Source: Ptychomitrium polyphyllum
Taxonomy: Eukaryota
Reading direction: 5' to 3'
Length of the DNA: 64,000 bases
Assembly (NCBI GenBank): GCA_973851085.1
Contig: OZ316775.1
Location: 9,114,001 to 9,178,000 of the forward strand
Shown: positions 16,069-28,824 of the stretch, in pieces
Layout: each line of letters begins with the position of its first letter
Position numbering within the stretch: the first letter of the stretch is position 1
Made by a program: the position numbers and the translations under genes
Notes under the pieces: generated by a model
Database searches by the model: none
What the model saw: only the letters and a program-made list of their open reading frames with translations
What the model was told of the DNA's origin: nothing

Positions 16069-17107
16069 TTAAGACGGGGGCGTTGCAGGTGGTGACCACG
16101 CTCTGATCCAGTTGCCAAGGATCTCCACATTGTTGCTCATGTCTTCAATATTGTTACTGGGCAAGGCTCGAACAATATCTTGTGGATAACTTTCACGTGC
16201 CTCCTCAAGGAGGACTTGGAAAATCTCACATTCCATATTGTTATCAAGTTTAGGGCCTGTGTAACCCCTGCACATCAGATATTTCAAAAACTCAGAGAAA
16301 GGGGTAACATCATCACAAAAGTCTCGTAGCAAACAGGAGTGACTTGACTCCAAAATTTATTCAATTCAACGAATACTACTAAAATATAAATCCACCTCAA
16401 GACATATAAGATAGTACACCTACTAGAATCTAGAAAACAGAAGACTCCAAATCGCAAGAGCAGAGCTCAGACTTACAACTTTTATATCATCCCCGTAGAC
16501 ACCTAATCAACTTACGCATAGGATACTACACTCCATGCATGATTGAGTGCCCATGACCAGCACAAAAAAATAACAAAAGCTTATGAGCAGCCTTCTTACA
16601 ATTAGCTCTAATAGGTGCAAGTTAAAGCCTTCAATAAATGCTAACCTGTTGGTGAGGCGATCATACAGCACTCCATTGTCAGTTTGCAACACCACAACGG
16701 CATCAAACCAACGCTCCGGGAAAATATCGCAGCTGTGGTAGTCCACAAGGTTACCACCCCCGTTCACCATATCCTCCATCTCATCGATAAGCTACACACC
16801 AATCACGAAAATAGTCAACCAACACAACAAAAAAACCTCTAAACACAAAAACCCTTAAGGTTTCAGAGCTTGCGGTTTTTGGTTAGGGTTTAACACCCAG
16901 AATTCTCACCAAATCGTCGTTGAGAATGAAACACTCGAGCTCCTCGTCCCAGCCGTCATGGAGGGACTTCGACTTCACCAATTCCCCGACGTTGATATGG
17001 TTCATCCCCGTCGCGTCCGCCAACAACGAGCAGGTGGATGTCTTGCCCGTCCCTGGTGTGCCCGTGACCAGGATGTTGGGCTTCAATCGCTGGTCCCTTT
17101 GCGCCAT
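16069..17107 (-). CDS. AK6: Adenylate kinase isoenzyme 6 / Fap7 homolog (180 aa); exons complement(16910..17107, 16646..16791, 16069..16267)
   Basis: [14 protein letters not shown]-loop, [40 protein letters not shown]; spliced length 543 nt in frame. Confidence 0.96.
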
Positions 17108-17280
17108 TGTATTGAAAGTTGACTCTCTCGGTTGTGATGAATTCCCAGATTCTCACCCTAGCCAAATTGTGAGCATCTGTCCGGGAAGCTGCATAATCAC
17201 ACAATCAGATGCAAGGGCGGAACATGCACAAGACCTGCGCCACAACCCTCACCTCCTCCATCCCATCTCGCAAAATCAAA

Positions 17281-17289
17281 AAACCCTAA
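17281..17289. promoter_or_regulatory. Telo-box (AAACCCTAA) upstream of AK6; second copy in intron 1 at 16883..16891
   Basis: Exact motif near the 5' end of a ribosome-biogenesis gene, the gene class in which plant telo-boxes are enriched. Confidence 0.45.
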
Positions 17290-17899
17290 GCGACGCACAC
17301 CAGAACCCGTCACTGTACCAAAAACCGACACCATCTAGTACACGCGTACATCTTGCTGCTCCATGTCTTTTAACCGCTGTAGACTACATCGAATTTACAT
17401 ACTATGACAACGGTCACAATACTTAAATTTCAGATTGTCTACGCAGGTCATAGACTTGAGAACGTGAACTGTATCCAGCAGTAGATGGTATTGGTGGTGA
17501 CGATTTCCGGGACTAAGCTCTGTTCACGGTTAACAGGTAGTAGGTATTAGAGAGCTCACAACCATACACATATACATCCGCATGCATTCAACAATACGAA
17601 TAATATGCATTAAATATAATAAAGTAACCATATATAACTTCAATAAAATGTAAATAAAGATAGATAACTGCTTTTTCAAGCTTTTTTTTATATATTTCTA
17701 CAAAGACCTCAATCATTGAGAATTATTTTTAAAAAATACTTAAAATAAGCAAAAGTTTTATATTTTCTCAAAATATGAAGATTTTTGGAAAAAAAAGACA
17801 CATGATTTTCCTAAAAATTAAAAAGCATGAAATTTTTTTAGTATCTATTGTCATTCATTAAACTTTATTATTTGTCAAATATTATCATCCCATAGTGGA

Positions 17900-18560
17900 T
17901 GAAGTACATTTGCACTTCTTACACATCCCTTCACAAGAATATTTTTCCACTAAGATAGTGAATTGATTTCATGGTTGTTTTTATAATCATATTGTCCCTT
18001 ACATCTCCTATTATAAAAGCCTTTTGATTTCCAAAATTTTACACCATTATTTTGAAATAGCCAAAATCCTACCTTCTAAATTTCATCATCAAAAACCATT
18101 TATATAAAAAGACATAAGCATTAAAGTAGTTGCTTCTAGAAACTCAAGGCAACTACCCAATTTTATCCAAACTAGAGCCAAGGTCACATATTAACTCCAA
18201 ATATAGCATGCAATGGCTTTATGAAAGTTTTACAAAGAGAAAAAAAATCCAATAAAATCCATTTAAACTAAAAATTGTACAATGAAATATTGTTAGGAAA
18301 AAAACTATCTTCTTATTTAAGTGGAAGAAGTCGAGAGGAAAAAAATATATATATAGTCAACTACCACATATGCCTTTTATCTTCCACATATGCCCTTCAT
18401 CTTCTACATCAGCTCGTATCTTTTTACATCAACCCCTATTTCCTTTCATCATGTCCTTACCTAACCATATTTTCAAATAAAAAAAACTTAATTCATTTTT
18501 ATTTTTTTAAATTAAAATTTTTTCTTTGATTAAAATTTTTGGATTGAAACTTCAAAATAA
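17900..18560. repeat. Diverged fragment of the same LTR-like repeat as 30277..31914
   Basis: 18120-18560 aligns by eye with 30920-31480 (ctcaaggca..aaacta.agcca..cacata..gcatg..atggc; CCACAT repeats; ctaaccatat.ttcaaataaaaa). Confidence 0.6.
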
Positions 18561-20415
18561 AATAAAACCAACCCTCATAAATTCAAAACATTGATTGGCG
18601 CTCATAAATAGTGGTTTTAAGAAAAGAATGTTAATGTATGAGAAATCTTTGACCATCATTTACTGGAGGTAAGGCATTCATAAAAGCGGTAATAGATAAA
18701 CTAATTTATGTCATTTATGCAAACTATCAAGGCCTCAATAAGGTGACTAAAACAAATTGATATCTATTACCATTAATCTTAGGATTCTTATAACAATCTG
18801 GTTATATAAAAATATTTACAACAATTGACCTTATAAGAACCTACAATCTTGTACGTATTAAAAAAAAAAGATGAATGAAAAATAGCCTTCCAACATATAT
18901 GGCCGTTTTGCCTACGATGTTATATTTTTTGGCCTTACTAATGCCTCTACAATCTTTCAATACACTATGACTGATATCTTTCATGAGCATTTGGACGTTT
19001 TTATAATTAGTCACTTGGATTTAAGTTTGATATTTTAAAAGGATGAACAAGACTACATTTGTCATGTACTACTAATCTTTGAGTTACATGCCAAATTAAG
19101 GAAGTACATTTTTTATGAATCTTTGGTTGAATTTTTAAGCTACATCATCTTTAAAGAAAGAATCTACATGAATGAGAGGAGAATAAACAATGTCATAGAG
19201 TGGAATACGGAAAGATCAATTTAAGATGTCCAATGCTTTTTGGAATTTACAAACTTCTTTAAGATATTCATTAAAGATTATTCCAAAATTGTGGCATCAT
19301 TGATACAACTTATAGGGAAGCAAAAATTTTACTTGAAATGAAGAACCAAAGAGAACATTTTAAGGTCTTAAGAAGTCATTCACAGCAGCTCCAATCTTTA
19401 TTCATCCAAATCCATCAAAACCTTTTTTTTTGGAAGCGAATGCTTCAAACTTTGTGTTTAGCTTTGTACTTTTATAATATAATAAAAATGAAAGACTCCA
19501 TTCAATTGCTTTTCATTCGATGAAATTTTCAATAATAAAATTCAGTAATAATATACATGACAAGGAATTACTTGCAATTGTAAATGCATTTAAACAATAG
19601 CAATATGTGTTGGAAAGAGCTCAATATACCATCACAATATATTTAGACTACAAAAACCATGAATGTTTTATGAATGTGCGTGTCCTAAATCCTTGTCAAA
19701 CAAGGTAGAGTATATTGCTTTTTATAAATTTTACCTTATTATTACCTATTGACCTAATAGCCTACAAAGTAAGCCAAATGCCTTATATTGAAGATTTTAT
19801 TTGGCTCCTAAACTTAGAGATGAAGTTTCTGATCAACAAAACAATATTTTGTTGAAGCCACAGAATCTTCATTTATAAGTAGTAACCATCACTACAACAT
19901 TCCATCTTGACAAAATTTAGAAGGCTTTAAGGAATAATGTTTTAGTATCAAATATGAAGAGGCACCTTAAGGACAACAAATTTCTTTCAAATAATAATGT
20001 TGACTTTGAATTTCAAGAGGTTCTATTTATCATAAAGGATTCTTATACCTACCTCTAAGATCCTTGCAATCCAAGATCCTTCAAGCATTCTATAATTTTC
20101 TGGCATTAGGGTAATTTAAGTTTAATAATACAATGGAATTGATTGCCAAAGACTATTGGTGGCTACAAATGTGGAAATACATGAAAGACTTTGTTTGACC
20201 ATATATTACTTGTACAATGATCAAGATACTAAGACACCAAATTCATGGTGTCTTCCATTTTTTTCCAATGTCAAAGGATCTACAATTGTCATTGTCAATG
20301 CATTTTATTATAGACCTCCTTGATTGTGATTCTAAGGATTCTATCTTAATAGTGGTGGATCGGTTAATTAAGATGACAAATTTCACTCCATGTAACAAGA
20401 TGGTAAAAAAAAGTC
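18560..20415 (+). mobile_element. Degenerate Ty3/Gypsy pol fragment (element D: protease end, RT, RNase H, integrase start)
   Basis: Decayed NYQGLNKVT, FGLTNA, HDKELLAIV, KPNAL, DSILIVVDRL motifs with many stops and frameshifts; same family as element A. Confidence 0.9.
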
Positions 20416-20416
20416 A

Positions 20417-22696
20417 ATGCCACATTGTTTCTTATTGCATTTATTACATGTATGAAATACCAAATGACACAAAAATACATATTAGAAGCATTTAAAAATA
20501 TTTTTGGAAGTTTTAGGAAGCTTCCAAGGAAGTTATCTTGGCTTAGGAAGCTTTCAAGAAAATTACTGCCGCTTATGAGGCTTCTAAAGGAATTATCTTG
20601 GCTTGGGTAGCTTCTAAGGAAATAACTCAAGGTTACTTGAATGCAAAGCAATGTATTAGAAGCCTCTCAAGAAACTTCTAAGGCTTGTAGTTTTAGTATA
20701 TATAGGAGTTGAGGCTGAAAAGATCTTCAATCTCATCAATGTATCTCTTATGGTTTAGCTCAAATCTTTTGGCCTTGTCTATGTATTTTGTTATAGTTCT
20801 CTACTTTTAATAAACCTTGGACATATCTTATTTCACATCCTAAAATTTTGAAGCTTTGTCTTGTTGTTACTCTGTTTGTAATAGTTTTTGAGACTATCAT
20901 ACAACAATATCAGACCATGGTCTTTCTTGATAGAAAGCGGATGACCCTTCTTTTTGAAATAACTATAGCACATTAGAAGTTGCAAATTATCCTCCTCCTG
21001 GTTGATATTGCATCTTAAATCTTCCTTAGTTTTTATTTATTTAGCAATTTTTATTTTATTTTCATATAAGAAGGTGAAGATGTTAATACAACTGATTTAA
21101 AAGAAATCAAGTTAAATTCCATTATCAATGTCCATGAAATTTTATGGATTAAAACCAAAACTTTACAAGAATAATGAAGAATTTTATTTGACCATATATA
21201 ATGATAAAAGAACAGATCACTCCAATTGCTATCCTAAATTACTCTAAGTGCTTCATTGTTTAGATTTGCTTTGGTAGAAGACGTACAAATTCAAAGCGGC
21301 AATTTAATGTTGACAGCCAAATTACTAAGAATTTGCCTTCCAAAGTAGTTTGACAACATGCATTCAAATTTTTGAGGCTTTGTGAACCAACTTTGACTTG
21401 CTACTTTACTCCAAGTTCGACAATATTCTATGGACGCTTCACGCGTTAGTTTGTTGGGAACGTTGCTCTCAAGACACATATTATCTTAGTTTACACCACT
21501 TTTTGAGAAGAATTTTGCCATACTTAGCAATTTTGATGCGTTTGTAGTTGCGTTTGCAGAAGCATTTGGTGACCATGACTATCTCCATTCTACAACCAAT
21601 AAGATTTGCGTGTTGCGTCAAAGGCCATGTTTATTGTTAGTTTATACATCAGAATTTTGAAAGCTTGCATGTAATATCAATTGGAAAAAAGAAGCATTAA
21701 TGAGTAAATTTTATTGGGACGTACATGACAAAATTAAATATTTATTGATATGCATACTAGATCCCTAGATACTTGATGACGCCATTAGCCAAACTTTAAA
21801 ATGCAATAACCTTCTATTTTAACGTCGGCAAGATAAACAAACTTTGATTACGCTGCAACTATATACTAACTTCTTAGTAGCCTTGGCCTTGTCCACTTTT
21901 AATAAGTATTTGGAAGTGAAAACCATGCAAATTGATGTGTTCTACTTCAAGCCTTTTACCAAGCATGACAACAAGCAACAAAGAGAGCAAGGGTTGTATT
22001 CGTATTGTGAAAAACCTGGTCACAAGGTTAATAATTGCCTAAAGAAATCCTTACGCACATGTTAAATGAGGAGTACAACCACCATGCCAAATGCATTGCA
22101 GAAAAATGAGAGCATCTAAGTACAATAGAAATCATACTGCTGGATTTGCTTTTATAGCAAGAATAAAAAGTTCATGTTTTCTTAGCCTACTTTTTATTTT
22201 TGTTTTATTGTATCCGTTTGTTTGGATGTTCAGAAGCTCAAAAACCTTGCTCTGCTAGATTTGGAAACTTTACTTGTTTTGTTAATAAAAGATTTTTGAA
22301 AACCTTTAGGTTTCCTTCTATTAAAAAGAGTCACCCAGTCTATGTAGAAGTTATAAGTGGCCGACCTTTATCTTCTGAAGATGTAATCCATGAGACTAAT
22401 CCAATAAAAATAACATTGGATAATTATAGTAGCCAAGTAATATATAATGTCATTAGATCTCTTTCAAGTTTCATCAGCATAGGGCTCTCTTGGCTCAAAA
22501 AGTATAGTTTGCATATAGATTGGGCATTTCATAAAATAAAACTTTCAATACTAGAACTTATAACTACCAAGCTTAGAGAGATAGTTCATGTATTTTATAG
22601 GCCTAGTGCCATAAAACCTTTCTTTGTTGGAGTAAGAGCATTTAGAAAGGCAGTAAAAAATGACACTTCTTTTGCTAAGTATGCAATTCTGATGTC
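20417..22696 (+). mobile_element. Truncated Gypsy element C of a related family: 5' LTR (~20417..20883), gag with zinc-knuckle remnant, protease
   Basis: LTR with GGAAGCTTCC tandem array and TATA at 20697; gag remnants (AFAEAFGD, MQID, LYSYCEKPGHKVNNC); protease remnants (VEVISGRPLSS, IGLSWL). Interrupts element D and is cut at 22697 by element B. Confidence 0.75.
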
Positions 22697-22999
22697 TGTC
22701 ACGGATATAGATCATGCAATATAGTCTTTAAAACTTTCTAAAACCTTCTAGAGCCTTCTTGTATATTATAATAGCTTCTTAGAATACTGTTAGGGACACA
22801 AGAAACAAGAAGCAGAAACGAAGTGTTTCCCAAGAATTAGTTTCCAAAGAGCTAATGATTAACAAGAAGTTGATACAAAGACTAGAACAAGGTAGGATTC
22901 AAGATGATCCACAACTTGTGTTGGCAAGACTAAGGAATACCTTGTCTTGCCTCCTATTTATACTAGGACGTTTGTATCTCCTATGATACTTCTAAAGAA

Positions 23000-23320
23000 G
23001 CTTCCTGCAAGGCTTAAGAATGTTCTGGAAGTCTAAGGAACCTTCCCAAGAAGTTTCCTAAGATGTTGGAACCTTCCTAAGTAGCTTCCAAGGAATTGGA
23101 ACCTTCTTTGGAAGCTTCCTGAAGAGGTAGAACCTTCTTAGGAAGTTTCTTAAGGTGATGGAACCTTCCTAGGAAGTTTCCTAAGGTGATGGAAGCTTCC
23201 TAGGAAGTTTCCTAAGGTGATGGAAGCTTCCTAGGAAGTTTCCTAGGAAGTAACCTAAGATGATAGAACCTTCCTAGGAAGTTTCCTAAGGTGGAGGAAC
23301 TTTCTTGGGAAGCTTCTTAA
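23000..23320. repeat. ~30-bp tandem array containing the palindrome CTTCCTAGGAAG inside the LTR
   Basis: Units like GGAACCTTCCTAGGAAGTTTCCTAAGGTGAT, with similar arrays at 29250-29430, 34850-35250 and 37370-37800. Confidence 0.85.
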
Positions 23321-23488
23321 AAACAAAAAAAAGGCTATGGAGACATCTAAAAGTATTCTAAAAAACTACTCTAGTATACTAGAAGATTCTAGAATGTTCT
23401 AAGGACTATGTTGCATGATTTATGTCCGTGACATCACTTCCCCTTTTAGCGACGAGTCCCATGAGGAGTTGTTTTCTTGGCTTGCTTG

Positions 23489-24088
23489 TCACATTTCTAC
23501 AAATTCCAAAATTTGTCGAAGGAGTGAAGCAACATACTCTGCTTGTTGTTCTCTGTTCACTGGCTCAACTGGTCCTTGCAAGAAACGCCGATGGCCACCA
23601 GCCAAGACTTCTGTTGTTGAAATGTCCCACCCCAAGATCTGATCTTGATTAAGTCCTTTGAAACATCCTCCAAACAAGATTTCGGGTCCTCCAGGGGTGA
23701 CTCTTCCAATTTCTAACAGCATGACTAGAGCGCAGGCATCTGAATCAAGACTGGAATGTGAACGGCGACTAATCAATACTTCTGCACGAGGTCGTACTCA
23801 ACGTTGGGATGTCCCTCTCATATCTTAACTTAGATCCTCCGTTATCGAGGGCTGAGAAAGTTGAGTTGGCTCAACAGATGCTGTTGTTGATGAAGGCATG
23901 GCCGACTGCTCTTCACGCATATCCATAATAACACAAAGATTTGACATACTGGCTAGGATCTAAAAATGATCTATCTTGGAAATAACGCTGCATACAATTG
24001 GAGGTCTGGATATCTCTCCTCCCTTCTTATACTTGTCTACGAAGGAAAAACTTCTCTATGAAGCTAACGGCTGCTGATGACACATCAT
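23489..24088 (-). pseudogene. Putative third ORF of element A (unknown function), interrupted by four C-to-T-type stops
   Basis: ATG overlaps the pol stop (TGATG); one indel-free frame continues into the tracked ORF 23489..23776; homologous frame in element B 36606..37207. Confidence 0.5.
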
Positions 24089-27000
24089 CACTGACCTGGT
24101 TTCTGAGGATAACTTTGATGAAATTCGCGTACCTTCTCGGATGCGTTTGTTACATTCGTTGAAGGTTCCCATATTCGGTCATTGATGCCATATCCTTGCC
24201 AATGTATAAGGTACTCCACACGTCCGTTCTTGATGCGTGAATCTAAGATCTCTTCCACTTCATATTCAATTTCATTATTGATTTCCAGCGGAGGAGGCGG
24301 AGGAACAATTCTCTCTGGTATACATGATTTGTTATAGGTTTCCAACAACGATACGTGGAATACTGGATGAATTTGCATGCTTGGTGGTAGCTTTAGGCGA
24401 TAACTAACCGGATTTATTTGTTTGCTGATTTCAAACGGTCCAAGCCTTTGATAGTCCAACTTCTTTGATGGTCTTTTTGTCTGTATATTTTGTCGTAGGA
24501 GCCATACGCTATCTCCAACCTTGAACTTTGGATGGTCCTTCCGATGGCGATCTGCATAAGTTTTGTAACAATCTTGAGCTTGTTGTAACTGGAAGGTAAT
24601 TTCTTGATGGATTTTAGCAAGTTGAATTGCAAAATCCTCTGCTGCGGGACTTCCAGCATGCTTCACTTGAAATGGATCTATTCGAGGATGATGCCCATAG
24701 TTTGCAAAGAATGGACTTTGAGTTGTTGAAGAATGCACCGTATTATTGTAAGCAAATTTTGCCAAAGGCAAGAGGTCCATCCAGTTGTCTTGCTGATAGT
24801 TTATGCTACAACAAAGGTACTGCTCCAAAATTTGATTCACGCGTTTAGTTTGGCCATCAGTTTGTAAATGGTGTGCTGAAGAAAGGTTGATCTCTACACG
24901 CAACAGCTGGAATAGAGCCTTCCAAAAGTTGGAAATGAACTGCGGCCCTCGATCGGATACAATATCATCTGGTAGTCCATGTATGCGGTAGACATGATTT
25001 AGGAACAACTTAGCAGTTTCTTCTCCCGTTACCGTCTTACTGCATGGAATGAAATGTGTTATTTTGGTAAATCGATCCACCACTACCAAAATAGAATCCT
25101 TAGAATCGGAATTTGGAAGGTTCGTGATAAAATCCATTGATAAAGACAACCATGGGCCCTTTGGCATTGGAAGCGGATGGAGGAGACCATGAGGTTGGTG
25201 CCTTGGTACCTTGGCTCTTGCACAAGTGTCGCATGATTGAATAAAGTCCTTTACGTACTTCCACATTTGTGGCCACCAATAGTCTCTAGCAATCAATTCC
25301 ATTGTTTTATTGAATCCAAAATGTTCTGCTGCTGGAAAATCATGACGTGCTTGAAGGATCTTCAACCGCAAAGGGCCTGGAGGTAGGTACAAAAGTCCTT
25401 TATAATAAAGGAAGCCCTTATGGAATTCAAAATCCTCATCGCTATTTGAAGGATTTCCATTGTCTTTGAGGCGCTTCTTTATATTTGAAACAAAACGTCA
25501 TTCTTTAAAGCCTTCTGAATTTCGTCAAAATGAGATGTTGTCGTAATAATGGCTGCTTTCAATTGAAGATTCTCAGGCTTCAATAAAATAGTCCTTTGTT
25601 GATTCAAAACATCATCTCCAGGTTGAAGAGCTAAATAAGATCTTCAAGATAAGGCATCTGGCTTACCTTGCAAGCTACCAGATCGATAGGTAATGACAAA
25701 GTCAAATCTAGAAAGCGACATACTCCACCTTGCTTGACGGCGATTCAAAACGCGCGCACTCATGAAATACTCCAAGTTCTTGTGGTCTGTGTATATCGTG
25801 ATGGTATGTTGAGCTCCTTCCAATAAGTGTCGCCATTCTTCAAACGCATCCACAATTGCAAGTAGTTCTTTATCATGTATATCATAGTTGATCTCTGCCG
25901 CTGAGAACTTCCTTGAACAAAAAGCAAGAGGGTGAAGTCTCCCGTCTTCATCATATTGTGAGAGTACTGAGCCAAGCGCAAAATCTGAGGCATCTGCTTC
26001 CAAATAAAAAGGCTTTGATGGATTTGGATGAATTAGAATTGGAGCCGACGTGAATGACTTCTTAAGACTTTGAAATGCTTTTTCCGCCTCTTCATCCCAA
26101 ATGAATTTTTGCTTCCCCGTAAGACGTGTTAATGGTGCCGCAATCTTGGAATAATTATTGATGAATATTCTATAGAAGTTTGCAAATCCCAAGAAGCATT
26201 GAACATCTCGAATTGATCTTGGCGTACTCCACTCCGTGACAGTGCTTATTTTTTTCTTATCCATATGGATTCTTCCTTTGGAAATGATGTAGCCTAAAAA
26301 TTCAACCGATGATTCATGGAAAAGGCACTTCTCTAATTTGGCATATAATCCTCGCTGGCGTAGTTTTTCTAAGACCATTTGCATATGACATTTGTAGTCT
26401 TGTTCATCCTTTGAATATATCAAAATATCATCTAAGTAGATGACTACAAAATCATCCAGATATTCATGGAAGATATCATTCATCATATGTTGAAAGACTG
26501 CAGGAGCATTAGTAAGGCCAAAAGGCATGACATTGTATTCAAAATGACCATACCTAGATCAAAAAGCTGTCTTCCATTTATCTCCTTCTTTGATGCGTAC
26601 AAGATTGTAGGCTCCTCTAAGATCAATTTTGGTGAATATCTTTGCTTGGCCAAGTTGTTGTAGGAGTCCTGAGATTAATGGTAATGGATAGCGATTCTTT
26701 TTTGTTACTTTGTTGAGGCCTCAATAGTCCACGCACATACGTAATGATCCATCTTTCTTCTTTACAAATAAAATGGGTGCTCCAACAGGTGATTTAGAAT
26801 GTTGAATGAAACCCTTTCCAAGGTTTTCATCAATATAATCTCTCAAGGCAACCAACTCAGTTTGTGATAAGTTATAAATAGGTCCAAAAGGTGGTTGGGC
26901 TCCTTCTTGCAACTCAATGGTACAATCGTATGGCCGGTGCTTTGGTAACATGTCCGCATTCTTCTTTTCAAAAACGTCTTTATAATCTTGATATTGACGA

Positions 27001-27599
27001 GGTATGTTTTTATTAGTCTCTATTGTAGAGCTAGACATTGGCGTGGCATAAATGGCATAGATTGGTTCATCCTTCGCCGCTCTCATAAATGCCTTAGCTC
27101 CAATAAACGATGGTCCAAGATTTCTCGTACCTTGGCGTCTTTTCTTTGAGACCACACTCCGTGAGCGCCAGTTAATGTCTGGATTATGTAATTCAAACCA
27201 AAGAAGGCCCAAAACAATAGGATTTGTTCGGCATTGAATGATGTTAAAGACAATTTTAGATGCCTGGTCTCCTAAAATAACCTCCAATGGTTGAGTTTCT
27301 TCAATAACGTTGCCAGACGCAAGAGATCGTCCATCAATAACTTCAACAGGTGCGGGATATTTTTTCTTCACAAGCACCATGTGATGTTTGGTTGCAAAAT
27401 CCTTGTCCATAAAACATGCCGTTGCACCAGTGTTTAAGAGAGCCTCGCTAATTATTTCATCATCTAACAATTTAATTTTGATAGGAAATGTAAAACAAGA
27501 GGTAGGGTTTGAAGGTAGTAAGAGACCTTGATTTGATGGTGGTTTCCTTGTGGTGTCCAATCGCATGGTCCCTACTGTGACTGGACAGCCTCGTTTTTC
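24088..27599 (-). pseudogene. pol of element A (protease, RT, RNase H, integrase, group I-type chromodomain) with a few stops and frameshifts
   Basis: ALLNTGAT (catalytic D replaced by N), [59 protein letters not shown]...YLIHWQGY...WEP. Confidence 0.95.
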
Positions 27600-28591
27600 A
27601 ACTCCACCATTGTACTTTGAGCCTTAAAAGCAGATCTTTTGATTTGGCAGTCGTGCACTTTATGTCCCGACTTGCCACAATACAGGCAGAGGTTTTCTCT
27701 TCGACGCCTTTCTTTTTCTTCTAGAGTCAAGCGTCTGAACTAGGCAGCATCAATTTGCATAGGTTCTGGTCCTTGCAGTCGACTTTCGGATACTCTTGAA
27801 GAAGTGGTACCCATGCTTTGATGTACTGGTCGCCATCCCAAGCGTTGTTCTTGGCGCCTTTCAAATAATCTGTTGTCACATGCTATTGTCTGAGTGATGA
27901 ATTCGTCCAATGTTTCAACTCTTGGCATTGTGAGTAGCAAATCCTTGACATTCTCTCTTAAGCCCCATCGAAATCTTGTGACCAAGGCTTTATCATTCCA
28001 ATCAAGGTCGCAAGCTAATTGTCGAAACTCTGCAACATATGTAGCAGCTGAGCGCTGCCTTTGTTGGAGACTCTGGATCCTTGTCTCAGCCACCCTCTCT
28101 CGGTCGGTGTCTCCAAAAGTAGATGTCAATGCTTCTATAAAAGCATCTAAGTTGTTCAATAATGGTGACTGCTTCTCCATTAGTGGTGCAAACCATGATA
28201 GTGCATTATTTGATAAAAGAGTGGCCACAAATCCCACTTGAGTAGTGCTATCAGGATAGCGAGATTGATGCAAACTAAGGAAGAGTCTTACTTGTTGAAC
28301 AAAGCCTCTCAATTTCGATCTTGATCCATCAAACTTGTTTGGCATACTAATCTTTGGCTCTGAGTGGGTTTGACAAAAACCTTCTCTTCCAATATTGGCC
28401 TCTCGCAATCGAACAACCTCTTGATATAGGCTTTGAATATCACCATTGGATTCTTCAGTTTGCCGAGTGTGTTGCTCTAAATTGTTGGTGGTATTAAAAC
28501 GGGCAAGTTCCGTTCGAACCGTGTTTAATAATTCTTGAAGGTCTGCAATAGTTGCAAACTTATTCTCTGATGTTCCAGGCACATTATCCAT
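27572..28591 (-). pseudogene. gag of element A (capsid plus CCHC zinc knuckle); premature TAG at 27740
   Basis: PKISMPNKFDG, WF, LQQ..RS..TYVAEFRQL, PEPMQID, then [14 protein letters not shown] past the stop; natural stop TAG at ~27572. Confidence 0.92.
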
Positions 28592-28812
28592 TTCTTAAGA
28601 CTCTCAAAGACAGAAAGAGTATGAGTATCTTCAAAGGAGGAAATCCACGTACGTTGAAAGAAGTAATACTTGATTCTAGAAGGAGAAACCAACTCTATGG
28701 TGCCAGCTTAGAGGAGGGTAATCCACAACCTCTAAAACGCTATGGAATGCTAAAGAAGATGGGTAATCCACAATCTTCTTCAAAGAACCTTAGCTCTGAC
28801 AAAGATGAAAAG

Positions 28813-28824
28813 TAGTCTTGCCAA
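28813..28824 (-). promoter_or_regulatory. Non-tRNA primer-binding site TTGGCAAGACTA, complementary to the predicted transcript 5' end (28961..28972)
   Basis: Lies 2 nt inside the 5' LTR boundary; perfect 12-nt reverse complement of TAGTCTTGCCAA, which starts 30 nt downstream of the LTR TATAAATA (28995..29002). Confidence 0.8.

Noticed and set aside
23000..23320. CRISPR-like palindromic ~30-bp repeats
   Set aside because: Head-to-tail tandem units with no unique spacers, inside LTRs of a eukaryotic retrotransposon; no cas genes.
23422..23652. Antisense 76-aa hydrophobic ORF open in both elements A and B (37044..37274)
   Set aside because: Short, and explained by nucleotide similarity and as the shadow of the sense third ORF; no independent support, though worth rechecking in the family consensus.
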